Assembly (NCBI GenBank): GCA_965113315.1
Contig: OZ220372.1
Strand: one strand, 5' to 3'
From: Podarcis vaucheri
Taxonomy: Eukaryota
DNA length: 64,000 nt
Made by a program: the position numbers and the translations under genes. How positions within the stretch are numbered: the stretch's first letter is position 1; each line of letters begins with the position of its first letter. This document shows positions 1 through 11,220 of the stretch, in pieces. The notes beneath the pieces were generated by a model. The model was given only the letters and a program-made list of their open reading frames with translations. It was not told where the DNA came from and did no database searches.

Positions 1-2244
1 ACTTGTTATTCTTTCCTCTGTTTCTCTTTCTCTGCATTGGGTTGTTGCAAGAACTTGAAGCAAGCATGGCAAGGAGGGAATATGCAGGAAATAAGCCTCC
101 CTTCATTTCTTCCCAGTTCTCTATGCAGGAAAAAATGGGAGGGGAATAAGACACTTCTTCAGAGGTAAGAACAGGAATGTGGTTACCTCTCCCTTCCTGT
201 TAGGTTGACTCTTTCTGTAAAAGCTGACCTAACATAGCACCTTCCTGGAGAACGGAGATGAAAGGGAAAGCAATTTAGCAATTTTAGGGAATTCAGCAAT
301 TTGAAGGAAGCATACAGTGCTCATCAAAGAGGAGAAGGGCCATCAGGTTTATCAAACTGTGTCTGGGATAATGTGTGATGATACAAAATCTCTGTCTGGT
401 TCTTGCAGTTGTAGAAAGACTGTAAAGATGCATGCAACCCTGGTGTGAATTTGTATTTCTCCAGGGGACCTTGGTCATCTATATTATCCTCCCAATGGGA
501 AAGGAAGATTTTGCCAGACATCACACACTGATGTGTGAATACCGTAAATTATTGTCTGGTGGTGAATTTGCACATGTAAACTGCTCTTTAGGGCTTATAT
601 GTGATGTTGTTGTAAATACATGTATGAAGTATCCTATCTACCTAAACAAATAAATACTAGATTTTTTTCAAGCTCTGGCAAATATACTGCAGTAAAATAA
701 GCGAGTGATCAGCCCTACATTGAGAGAGAACTCATTGATCATAAGATTGCAGTCTCCTATCCATTTTCCTGGGAATAAGCTCTATTAAATTCAATGGGAC
801 TTACTTCTGAAGATGTATATACTGTATTGGATAGTTTTGTAGCAATCTTTCTGTTTTGAGGGGCCCTTGTGCTAGCTAGAAGTTCAGAGATATGTGTCTG
901 GGGTGACATTTGAGCACACTGTACTCTTCCTTATGTGTCTATACAGGTGTTTTGTTAAGGATTAAGCTGCCCAAACTTTGTATTCCAAGTCTTACATTTA
1001 TTGTTAAGCATTTGGCAAACTGGTCCCTTGAATGAAGAAGTAAGCCTAACAAGATCAAATGGCAAGCTGCCACTTCCTTAGATTATATTCCTCAATTCTC
1101 TCCAGCAAATTGGGAATCTATTATCATGGGTGTGCATGTGAAATTGAGTGGGAGCCAGAGAGATGATTAATGTGGATTTCAAAACTTGATGTTCAACAGC
1201 TAAAATGAGTACCTTTGTGTGAGAATTCAATTACTTTGGTATTCCTTATAATGTTCTTTTGTTACCTTTCTAGTTAAGCATTCTAATTGGGGAGCCTGAT
1301 AGTAATCCACGTTCCAGGAAAACCTTTTCTGCGCAAAGCTTTCAAACTGTTTTCTTAAATAGATTAATTGGGGGGAAAGTTCATATGTTCAGCTGAATGC
1401 AAATGCTTACATATGCAATGTGGAGTGACATTTTCTGGAAAATGGAAGGAGCTTGTGCAGCCACAGACCACATCCTTACTGGTAGTAGATATGAATATAT
1501 TATATTACATTTTTTTCCTGTCTTCAAGCAATATTTTATTAGCTTTCATCTATTGTATTTGTCTTATTGAAAAAGAAACATTGGGACAAAGAACAAAAAT
1601 AACAAGAAATTTTGCTGACTTTTTACTCCTTAAGGAATGGAAAGTTTGGTGAGCTGGGGTTTGGTTGTGTTGGCTCCTCTTGACTCTCCCTTCTTAATTT
1701 TAAGCCTCACATTCCTGATGAATTTGTAAATGGAGGAGGGCTACAGTTGTGTATTTATTATTATATGAAATTACTGTAAAAACAGTGAAATGTCTTTGTG
1801 GTATTTAAACTAACATACAATTTACTTCTGGAGTAAATGTGGAGGGAAATATAAAATGTAGCGAGTATTGCAGGATTAATAGAAAATACTTTCGAAAAAA
1901 TTATCCTTGTTTTCTTAATGAAAATTATACTTAAACTCATTAGGCATATGGAGGCGTCCAGTTGTCCCCTGTGGAAAGCAGAAGTCTTTGGTCTGATCTA
2001 GCAGTGCTGCACTTGAGCTTTAAGGATTAACCCTCCAAGCTACCGAATATCCCCAGGCACCCTTTTGCTTTACTGTATCTTGTTTAGGTGAATGGTTGCC
2101 ATGCAGTTACTTATACGGAATAAGTAAAGTATTGAACTTGGGGATATTGTTAAGGTGAGAGTGAGTTACCCAGGCCTTGCGTTCAGGGTTCACACCTGAG
2201 GAGTGCAATGTGTATTTGCCTAAGGACTAAGGATCAAAAAGAAC

Positions 2245-2411
2245 AGTAGAGCATCTGCTCTGCATACAGAAGATCCCAGGTCAATTTCTGGCATGGCCAG
2301 GGAGGACTGGGAAGGTCCCTGACAGACACAAGGGAGAACTGCTGCCAGCCAGTATAGACAATACTGAGATAGATGGTGGTCTCTCTTAGTGCAAGGCAGT
2401 TTCCCATATTC
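2245..2411 (+). mobile_element. Old tRNA-derived SINE (approximate ends)
   Basis: tRNA-like head agtagagcatctgctctgcatacagaagatcccaggtcaatttctggcat and tail aaggcagtttcccatattc; related antisense pieces near 21010-21350. Confidence 0.55.
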
Positions 2412-2900
2412 GTGTGTTATATAGGTGCAGCTGCAAGGAATTTGGACTCCAGTGTCTTGTGCTAAAATGCAATATTGAGTCAGTAGCCTCATAACTAAGA
2501 GCCTGCCGGTGAAAGGATTTATGATGTGAGCTGTCACTTAGTTTCTGGTGAAGACATGTCTTAGTCAGCTGTGCATTTTTGAAGGCTTCATGTGCCTGTG
2601 TGTGAGAGTGAAGTGCACCACTTACATATTGATTTGTGGCAGAATAGTCTTGCATACCAATTAAATACCTTGGAGGATTGTGGAGTTTTGGATCTATGAT
2701 CATATTTTTGAGAGCTTGCCTTCTGTTCTTAACTTGTTCATGCTACCAAATATTTTATGTAATGACCTTCGATAACGGAAAATATAAAAATGCATCTCTA
2801 CATTCGTTTATCTCTTGGGTTCTTTAATTCTTCATGTTGATGATATATGAATTTACTAAAAGAAAGCTGTTTAGCCCAGGGAATGGTAGTCTAAGTGGGT

Positions 2901-3260
2901 TTTCGCTGCCGACCCCCAGCATTTTAAAAGCCCCCGGGGCAGCGGAGACTTCTCCGCTGTCCCGGGCGATCTTAAAATGCTGGCGGGCAGCAGCGAAGCT
3001 TTCGCTGCCGACCCCCAGCATTTTAAAAGCCCCCGGGGCAGCGGAGACTTCTCCGCTGTCCCGGGTGATCTTAAAATGCTGGCGGGCAGCAGCGAAGCTT
3101 TCGCTGCCGACCCCCAGCATTTTAAAAGCCCCCGGGGCAGCGGAGACTTCTCCGCTGTCCCGGGCGATCTTAAAATGCTGGCGGGCAGCAGCGAAGCCTT
3201 CGCTGCCGCCCCCCAGCATTTTAAAATCACCCCGGGACAGCGGGAGCTTTTAAAATGCTG
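2901..3260. repeat. 99-bp GC-rich minisatellite, about 3.6 units, each unit an imperfect palindrome
   Basis: Units start at 2901, 3000, 3099, 3198; gives 33-aa repeats in the ORF track. Confidence 0.93.
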
Positions 3261-3581
3261 GCGGTCGGCAGCAAAGCGCTCCTGTCCCCGGAGCTTGCGG
3301 GGCGGGAGGTGGGGAGAAGGGCTTTTCTTCCCACCGCCAGCCTTCAGAACAGCCTTCTGAAGGCTGGCGGTGGGAAGAAAAGCCCTTGTCCCCACCCCCC
3401 AGCCTTCAGAAGAGGTCGGGGGACAGACTGTCCCCGGACCTGGTCTGAAGACAGTTTCCATAGGAACGCATTGATTGATTTTCAGTGCATTCCTATGGGA
3501 AACCGTGCTTCGCAAGACGAAAAACTCGCAAGAAGAAAAAACTTGCAGAACGAATTAATTTCGTCTTGCGAGGCACCACTG
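2901..3581. mobile_element. Truncated non-autonomous Tc1/mariner (Tigger/pogo-like) element with internal 99-bp tandem array
   Basis: Right end ttcgtcttgcgaggcaccactg+TA equals the TIR of the elements at 6623 and 53943; no left TIR seen. Confidence 0.8.
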
Positions 3582-4971
3582 TAATTTAAAAGGGTATATA
3601 GAAATGAGAGAATAAATGCTTACTTTTTAGAAGAGGGAATTCTAAACTTGCTTTGAATTCTAGACAGGTAGAATTAATTAGCCTGCAAGAGAACCTTCTA
3701 GAATTATGTGCTGTGCAATGAAGCACAGAATTGGGCTGCAGTTCACCTAACAGAGCAAGCAAGGTGTGTTGGAAGGCTTTTGAATTATTTTTCTTAGGAA
3801 GCTTTAGGAATGTCTGTCTAGAATAAGAGCACAGTGGAAAGTGGAATTGCAGTTTTGAGTTGTGCAAGTGGAACACGAATATTCAAATCAAAAGCTAATT
3901 GGTTACTGTTAATTAGTGAAGTGATTGCCTCTGTTGCCTTACAGTGAAGTTCTTTGTGGGTCACTGAGTTATATAGTTAACTATAGGTACTCAGATTATT
4001 GAGGGTGTTGTTTTCAATATTGATTTCACCAGTATAGATTCTGGATATAAACAAATGCCTTTTATTTTGTGAAAATGAGAATTGTGTGCTGACGTTTCTG
4101 CACTGCTGAAAAACTGTTTGAATACATACACTAAAATAGTGAAAGAAATTCAGCTTTCAGGGAACCAAAATAACCCTGTATGCACACCCATACATGTATT
4201 TTTAAAAAGCAGTTTTACTGAGTGATTTGGATCAATATTTGAATCAATCAGCATGCATTAACATATGCCCTTGAAATGCCCTTGAACTGAATGTGTCAGA
4301 CTTTGCATCTGAGTACGTCTTTGGGCCCAAATCTGACATATAACCCAGTCTTTCACATGTTTACTTAGGAATCCTACCCAGTTCAGCAGGGCTTCCTTAC
4401 AAGTACCTATGCATACAATTGCAATCTTCTACTCTGAACTGTAACATGCGTTGGCTACTTTCTCAGAGAGAGATGCATGTTTGTCTGAGTGTTCAGCATC
4501 TGCCTCATAGGTGGATAACATGACAGCATTCATTCATCCTGTAGGCACTGTGCTGTAATTGTACCCACTTCATGTCTTGTGATGTGACAGTATTCCACCA
4601 TGCAAGATGGGTGAAGTTTTTCTGGCTTCACAGTGGCCTGAAGTGAACACATCAGCAAGTTTCTCCACATTAAGGGCCTTTTTCTTCCATTGTTTTAAAT
4701 TGGAACTTTGTTTTTGAAAAGCCTCCTTCCATGGTTTTTAAGGCAGCTTAAAGTAGACAATAAAGCAAACAAAATTACAATAAAACAGGGAAATCACCCT
4801 CTTTGCAACTGAGAAAAGTCTGTGCATTCCACATTTATCCTTCAATGTTGAGGAAAATGTGGCAGTACATAACAGTTGATCATAAAGAAAGCGGGTTTTC
4901 TAAGAACAATTTCTCTTACCTTTGGTTTGTGTTTGCAATATATTCTCCCCTTTCCTTAAAAATCTACTTTC

Positions 4972-4976
<5 letters not shown>

Positions 4977-5005
<29 letters not shown>
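4977..5005. repeat. (CA)n microsatellite
   Basis: Directly visible. Confidence 0.97.
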
Positions 5006-5007
<2 letters not shown>

Positions 5008-6575
5008 CTACTCCTCTTTTAAAATGGTGTTGCCAAGATATAGCACAGAAGCTACTGTTCCCAACAGTAAGCACAGGCTGCCATCCCAGTCTTCTTCTGG
5101 CAGTGGGTGTATTCATGGCTGTCATGTAACTAATGCTTTGACTTGTCATGTTTCTGCTTTCAACTGTGTGCAGACTTCAGAAGGCAGGACTGCTGTTGAA
5201 TTCTGGAACAGTGAGGTTAAATGAGCATAACAGCAAACACCTAGGATTACCTTCCAGCACCCAGGCATGAATGAGGAAAGTGGGGACAAACTAGTGCTGT
5301 ACCAGAAATGGAAAATTCAAATAGCACCCCCTCCTAATTAGCACGCCACATGGTAATATATTTAGGACAGCTTTCATTCATTTCAGTGGAACTTACACTG
5401 GAGAATTTTACTCTATGGGACAGATCTGCCTGTCTTCTATTCTCTTGCCATTTATGTCATGCAAAATCTGTGGCTACCTTGCCTTGTGTCATGGTTGGGT
5501 CACCTGCGTGTGAAAGAGACCCTGATTTCCCACATTCCTATTTGTGGTTTTGAAATTTCTGAATTATTCCATCCTAGAAGAACCATAGTGATGGAAAGAA
5601 TATGTTGCTCTTTATTCCTGATGCATATTTTAGGTAACTCTTTACAAGAGATAAGATTTGATAAATTTCAAATAAGTGAAAATTCGACCAATATATGAAC
5701 CACATCCATATTGTTCTAGACTAGAAGACTATATGTTTTTACAAGTTAAGGATTTTACAGATTTTAATCCTAGGAATTGATTGATTTTCTGTTCCCCTCT
5801 ATTAAGAAAACATACATACACACACAACCAAATTGAACAATTTCCACATAAATCATATTACAATCTAAAAATAAAGATACAAAAAAATCAATAAAAGCAG
5901 CATCCCCAAAAAGACACAATATCCTAATCCAATATTCTGTCCAGCAGCCTCTGTTTTTGTAGCTGGAGTCAGTCAGGGCTCCGCCCTCCCAGACCAGGGT
6001 GCAGGTCTTTCAAGACTCACAGCCAAGATATTCAGATTATACTCAGGTTGCAGAAGCAGTTTCCCAAAAGAAACTTAATCAGGCATTAAATGTAAACACA
6101 TGACAATTGTGATTGTTAGCCAAGTTCAGTGCCAGGGCTGATGTCGCCCCATTTTTTATGTATCATAGTAGGCATTGTGGGAACCTTTAAATCACTGAAC
6201 ATTGCCTTTCTGCATAAGGGATGTAAGTTCTAAAAGAGACTGATTGTTCACCCCTTTGCATTTATTATAAGTGGTATTTATCATGCTTCTTGCCAAGGAA
6301 CAAAGCTTTTAATTTTGTACTGTAGGTTTTTGTGTGGAACGGGACTTATGATTAGAGCATGACTGTGTGAAATTGCAAAGTGATTAAGATCTAAAGAGTT
6401 TTAACAAAAGTACCAACCAGGGAATTGCTAGGATTATCTTGCTGAAGGTAAGTCTCCAGGGGTTTTTGAAGGTGAGCAGCATATCAAATGCAGATTTTTA
6501 TTTAAATGACTAAGCCTGAATAGTGTGGCAGAAAAGTTGGTGATACACAATCATAGTGCAATGCAGGTAAATGTA

Positions 6576-7100
6576 AAAAGGTAAAGGACCCCTGGACGGT
6601 TAAGTCCATTCAAAGGCGACTACAGTGGTGCCCCGCAAGACGAATGCCTCGCAAGACGGAAAACTCGCTAGACGAAAGAGTTTTCCGTTTTGGAGGTGCT
6701 TCGCAAAACAAATTTCCTATGGGCTTGCTTCGCAAGACGACAATGTCTTGCGAGTTCCTGCTGGGTTTTTTTCCTCCCCCCCCTCTTTTTCTAAGCCGCT
6801 AAGACGCTTATCAGCTGATCCGATCAGCAGATAAATCGCTAATAGCGCTAATCCGCTAATCCGTTAATGGGCTTGCTTCGCAAGACGAAAAAACGCTAGA
6901 CGAAGAGAATCACAGAACGGATTCTTTTCGTCTTGCGAGGCACCACTGTATGGGGTACGGTGCTCAACTCACTTTTCAGGCCGAGGGAGCCAGCGTTTGT
7001 CTGCAGACAGCTTTCCAGGTCATGTGACCAACTTATAACTAAACTACATCTAGCACGACGGGACACCATGACGGAAGCCAGAGTGCACAGAAATGCCATT
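6576..7100 (-). mobile_element. Sauria-type SINE 3' part, interrupted by a MITE (approximate ends)
   Basis: aaggtaaaggacccctggacgg...ggcgacTA|MITE|TAtggggt...tttccaggtcatgtgacca; homologous to the SINEs at 37503 and 49047. Confidence 0.75.
6623..6948. mobile_element. MITE, Tc1/mariner (Tigger/pogo-like), 326 bp
   Basis: TIRs cagtggtgccccgcaagacgaa / ttcgtcttgcgaggcaccactg; TA on both sides. Confidence 0.92.
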
Positions 7101-8365
7101 GATAAGTGCCATGTACAACTTTGCAAAACACTGGAGAATGCTAGACTGAATTTTTCCAAGTAGGATGTCAACCTGAAAAAGACTTAAAATTCTGATTTCA
7201 ATACAAGTGTGTTGCAGAGTTGGGAGCATTTTCAATCAGTAAAACAAAAATGTGAATCAGCCTTCTAGTTTTCCTAAAGCATCAAAACATTACTTGTATA
7301 TTGGCCTTGTTGGCATGTAACAGTAAGCCCAGCCATTAGGCTGGTACCACGGGGTGGGGACAGGGGCTGCAGCTGCTGTTTGTGGTTTGTTCGGAGTGAA
7401 GCAAACAATAATGAGCTTGGGGTGAGTACAGCAGGAGTGGGGGAGCAGCAGAATAGGCACCTCTTTCTCCCTGTGCACTGGCATGCTTGCCTTAATTTGA
7501 GCTAGCATTTCACATGAACAAAGGCATTGTAAGCAATCCTGGCAGGGTAGGCAGATTGTTATCTACCTGTTTCCAGTAAGGAGGCTGAAAAGGTGTGACA
7601 CACAACGAATACATGGCCCGGATGAGAACTGAACCAGGGCCTTAAAGTTAATACACTTTCTTAACCACTGTGCTCTGCCAGCTCTACCAGTGATATCCGG
7701 GTTTCTGCGCTTCTTTATTACAAATATTTTTGTTTTTTGCTTGCTGGCACACACACATTTAATGCATGCATATATTCTTTTCTCCTCTAAGTATGTATGT
7801 ATATAAACAGGAACTGGCTTCTGCCATACAAATCTGAATAGGGGATGTATTGATGAGGAATATGATCAACTTGATCAGTCTGTGGCAAACCAACTGACTT
7901 TGAATTCTTCTTTCAAGATCCCCCCCCCTTAATTCAGTAATGATATCTGCCCTCCCCCTAAGATCTGCCTTTACTTTTCATGTAGCCCAGCATGTAGTCC
8001 ATCAAAACTTGTGTTGATAGCCACTGCTCACACTGGTTATATTCATTCATGGGTTAAAACATTAGCCTGCAACCTTAAAAAAATAAACCTCTAACTATAT
8101 CCAGGCTTAATGTGGATAGAGAGGGAATGCTTACCACAAATGTTCTATGCTAAGCTCTAAAGGATTGCCAAACGCTTGAGTTTAAAAATAAAAATATCCT
8201 GCCTCAAGTATCATCAGTTGTTGTTACTGTATCACTGTGAGAAGCTGCACGTATGCACTAATTAATGCCATAATGAATCTGCCTGCCTGCTGTCTCGGAA
8301 TTTTGCAGTTGTGCTTAGAAAAGAGTAATGTGCTTATATATTTCCTCTACTTTGTCTCCCCACAG

Positions 8366-8449
8366 TCACAATGAACGAAAAGTGACTTGCAAGCATCCAG
8401 TCACAGGGCAGCCATCGCAGGACAACTGCATTTTTGTTGTGAATGAACA
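8366..8449 (+). CDS. PLEKHA5: PLEKHA5 coding exon (end of WW2: HNERKVTCKHPVTGQPSQDNCIFVVNEQ)
   Basis: Pyrimidine tract then cacag| acceptor and |gtaagt donor; 84 bp, phase 2-2; peptide matches recalled vertebrate PLEKHA5. Confidence 0.96.
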
Positions 8450-9085
8450 GTAAGTGATTGTTTTGCTCAATGAATACAGAATTTAACAGTTATTCACATT
8501 AGTGTGGACCTGCCAGTCAGTTGACCAGTCAAATATTGTCAATTGACTGGCCAGATGACTGCATGTTATTTTTCAAACATTCCAAGTAGCCAAGAATGCC
8601 CTTATGTATGTCAGTCTGTCTTATATATTACATAATGTCCACAATGTCATGACCTCATAGCAAAAGAAAGACTGAATATTTCCTTGCTTTCCCTGCTTTT
8701 AGGAAGTGGTCCACAGACATGCATATGTGCACATCATAACAGTTGGGTAAAAAAATTATACTAGGCACAAGATACATTTCTATTAAATTAATGTTTTAAG
8801 TTGACTTATTTTAATTGTTGAATGTTTTCTGTATATTTCTGCTTCTTGCATTTTAAATCAGGTTGTAGGATTAGCATGTTTTTGTTGTTAATTACATGTT
8901 CAGTAGATAATTTTTTAAAAAGAACCAAGGCCTGGGCAAAAAGTTTAGAATTTAAGCTTTTTAAGTTTGAAACTACTCCATTGTGCCTTTCCTTTTTGGG
9001 TACAGGCATGTTTAGAACCATTCTGTTTGCTTACCGAGAGGGTGAATCAGTTTTGGTGAGATCACTATGCTGTACTATACTGCAC

Positions 9086-9208
9086 TGAGTAGGGAGCCTT
9101 TGACCCTCCAGATGTTGCTGAACTACAAGTCTCATAAGCTCTGGTCATTGGTCCTGTTTGCGGGGGCTGGCAGGAGTTGTATTTCAGCAACATCTTGAGA
9201 TCCCCCAC
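9086..9208. mobile_element. Degenerate hAT-like MITE
   Basis: cagatgttgctgaactacaa ... ttgtatttcagcaacatct internal inverted repeat; same family as 14043. Confidence 0.6.
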
Positions 9209-10561
9209 TCCTTACTTAACTATTGGCCAATGAGACATTGCTGCTGTTCTATTTGATTCTCCCACCCCACTCCATTTGGTCGTCATTCATTGTTCACTAA
9301 AATGAAGCCTGAATGAGTGTCATCACCACTGTTGCCATGTTATAGCAATCAGTGCCATAAATGGTGCATTTATTTAAAACCAAACAGGCCATAATGGCTG
9401 GAAAACTTAAGATCCAGTACTAAGTTACTGACGCTTCCAACACAATCAAGATACTGTTATTCTCCTGGGTTGTGGAAGGTGATTACAAAGAGCATCCTCA
9501 TTATTTAATCCCCCCCCCCCCAATATCACAAGACCACATACTTTTCACCAGTTCATCCTCTCTGTTCATTTTGTGGATGGCTTAGTACACAATCAGTTTG
9601 CTGTTTTCCCTAGTCCAAACTGTTTGAAGCTTGTTTTGAAGCTCTACTGTCTACTGTTCAGCATATTCACAGATCAGACTTCAGCTTTGCTCTCTTGGCC
9701 TGACTTCTGCTTTTCCTTGCATAGCTTCTCAACCCTGCTCCTCCTAGATTCATTTGGCTTACCAATATTTCCCTGCTATCCTCTTGACTTCTCTCTCCTT
9801 CTTTTGACTACCAGCATTTCCTTTGTGTCTGGTGATTTTGCTGTCATTCAAGAAATTCAGATCTTTAAAAAGAGCAGAGTAATTAAGTTTAGTTGTAGTT
9901 CTAGCAGTATCAATAATATACTTGTCTGCCTGGAGCAATACTTGAGGGATAGAGATTGGACTCTCAAATAATGCAGGAGGAATGGAAGTCTTGCCAAGCT
10001 CTTGATTGCTCTAGGCATACCTGAACTCATCCATTGCAAAGGCTTACAGCTACAGAGAATCAACCTGTAACTTCATTTTGCATAGATTTTCTAAGCATTT
10101 GTATGCAGCTGAGTTACAAAAGTGGTCAGTCATTCTGTTAATACAGGTTTGTGTATCCAGGAGAATGTGCATACCAAATTCATCCAAGCCCTTTCGTTCT
10201 TTTCCAGTACTCATGCAGGCATGAGAAGGTAGTGCTGGAAGTAGGAGAAAGAAAGGCAGGAGATCCTCTGGAAAAGAAACCAAAAGCTTCACTATACCTT
10301 AGGGATAATGTCATGCATGTATGTAAACAAATTGTCTAGATTGCAGTTGTTCTATTTATAGAGATTGATCTATTGAGAATCGATAAAGCATAATTTAACA
10401 ACATAGTTTTTTCTTTTAAAAATTGCACAATTCTGCTGCAGCATCTGGGAAATTGTATGAATAGCATATATACCCTTTACGAAAGGACAGCTACAGATGC
10501 TTTTTTAATAGCAGTCTACATACACAGCAGGCTCTAGTCTTGTTGCATATTCTATTTTCAG

Positions 10562-10682
10562 GACTGCAGCAACTATGTCATCTGAAGAAAAGAAAGACCG
10601 GCAAGTAAACATGATAGGTGAAGCTGCACACTATAATTTGACATCGGATTATGCTGCACATCCAATGAGTCCTCTGGGCAGA
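10562..10682 (+). CDS. PLEKHA5: PLEKHA5 coding exon (TAATMSSEEKKDRQVNMIGEAAHYNLTSDYAAHPMSPLGR)
   Basis: ttttcag| ... |gtaagt; 121 bp, phase 2-0; similar to human TVATMTSEEKKERP...HPMSPVGR. Confidence 0.95.
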
Positions 10683-10874
10683 GTAAGTTACTACATCCAA
10701 TATATATTATTTATTAGTCTACAATTATTCAGCTAGTTGGTAAAGCATGGCACAGAGAAACAATTACATATACATTTCGAGACAATCAACTCATTTCTAG
10801 AAATATCCAAAGCTTGTTTGTATGCTTTCAAGGCACTTGGACCTGTGATTTTAATTTGAAATAAAAAATGTCTG

Positions 10875-11220
10875 AAAACATCAGTTTTCCATCTCTTAGA
10901 TGAGATACCTTCCCAGGTTGACTAGCTCCATCTGCCCCTCACTTCCCTCTACAGCAAGTGCAGAAACAACCTTCTTGACCGTTGAACCAATTCTTGGTTT
11001 TGTCCACTCAGTCTGCCAAAGCCTGTTTTTGCACGCAGGTGCAGTCCGTAATTCACAGAGGGTTTGGGACCCATTGGCTACCCTCACCTGGTTTAACCAG
11101 CCAGTTGAAGCCATTCCGAACATGTGGCTGCTGTTGCTTGCCGACAGCTTCTAGGAGTCACAGGTGATAGCTGAGTGCAGGGTGGGGACCAAAGATGTAT
11201 AGGCTACCTCAGAAGGAGCA
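10875..11220 (-). mobile_element. Probable RTE-clade LINE 5'-region fragment
   Basis: Minus strand gggcagatggagctagtcaacctgggaaggtatctcatctaagagatggaaaact resembles RTE 5' regions as I recall them; unverified. Confidence 0.4.

Noticed and set aside
2824-3584. Overlapping 109-214 aa ORFs as a novel repeat-protein gene
   Set aside because: Explained by a GC-rich 99-bp tandem array inside a transposon; no splice or promoter support
8512-8562. Short imperfect palindrome just downstream of the first exon
   Set aside because: Probably a decayed MITE remnant; no TSD or other support for function
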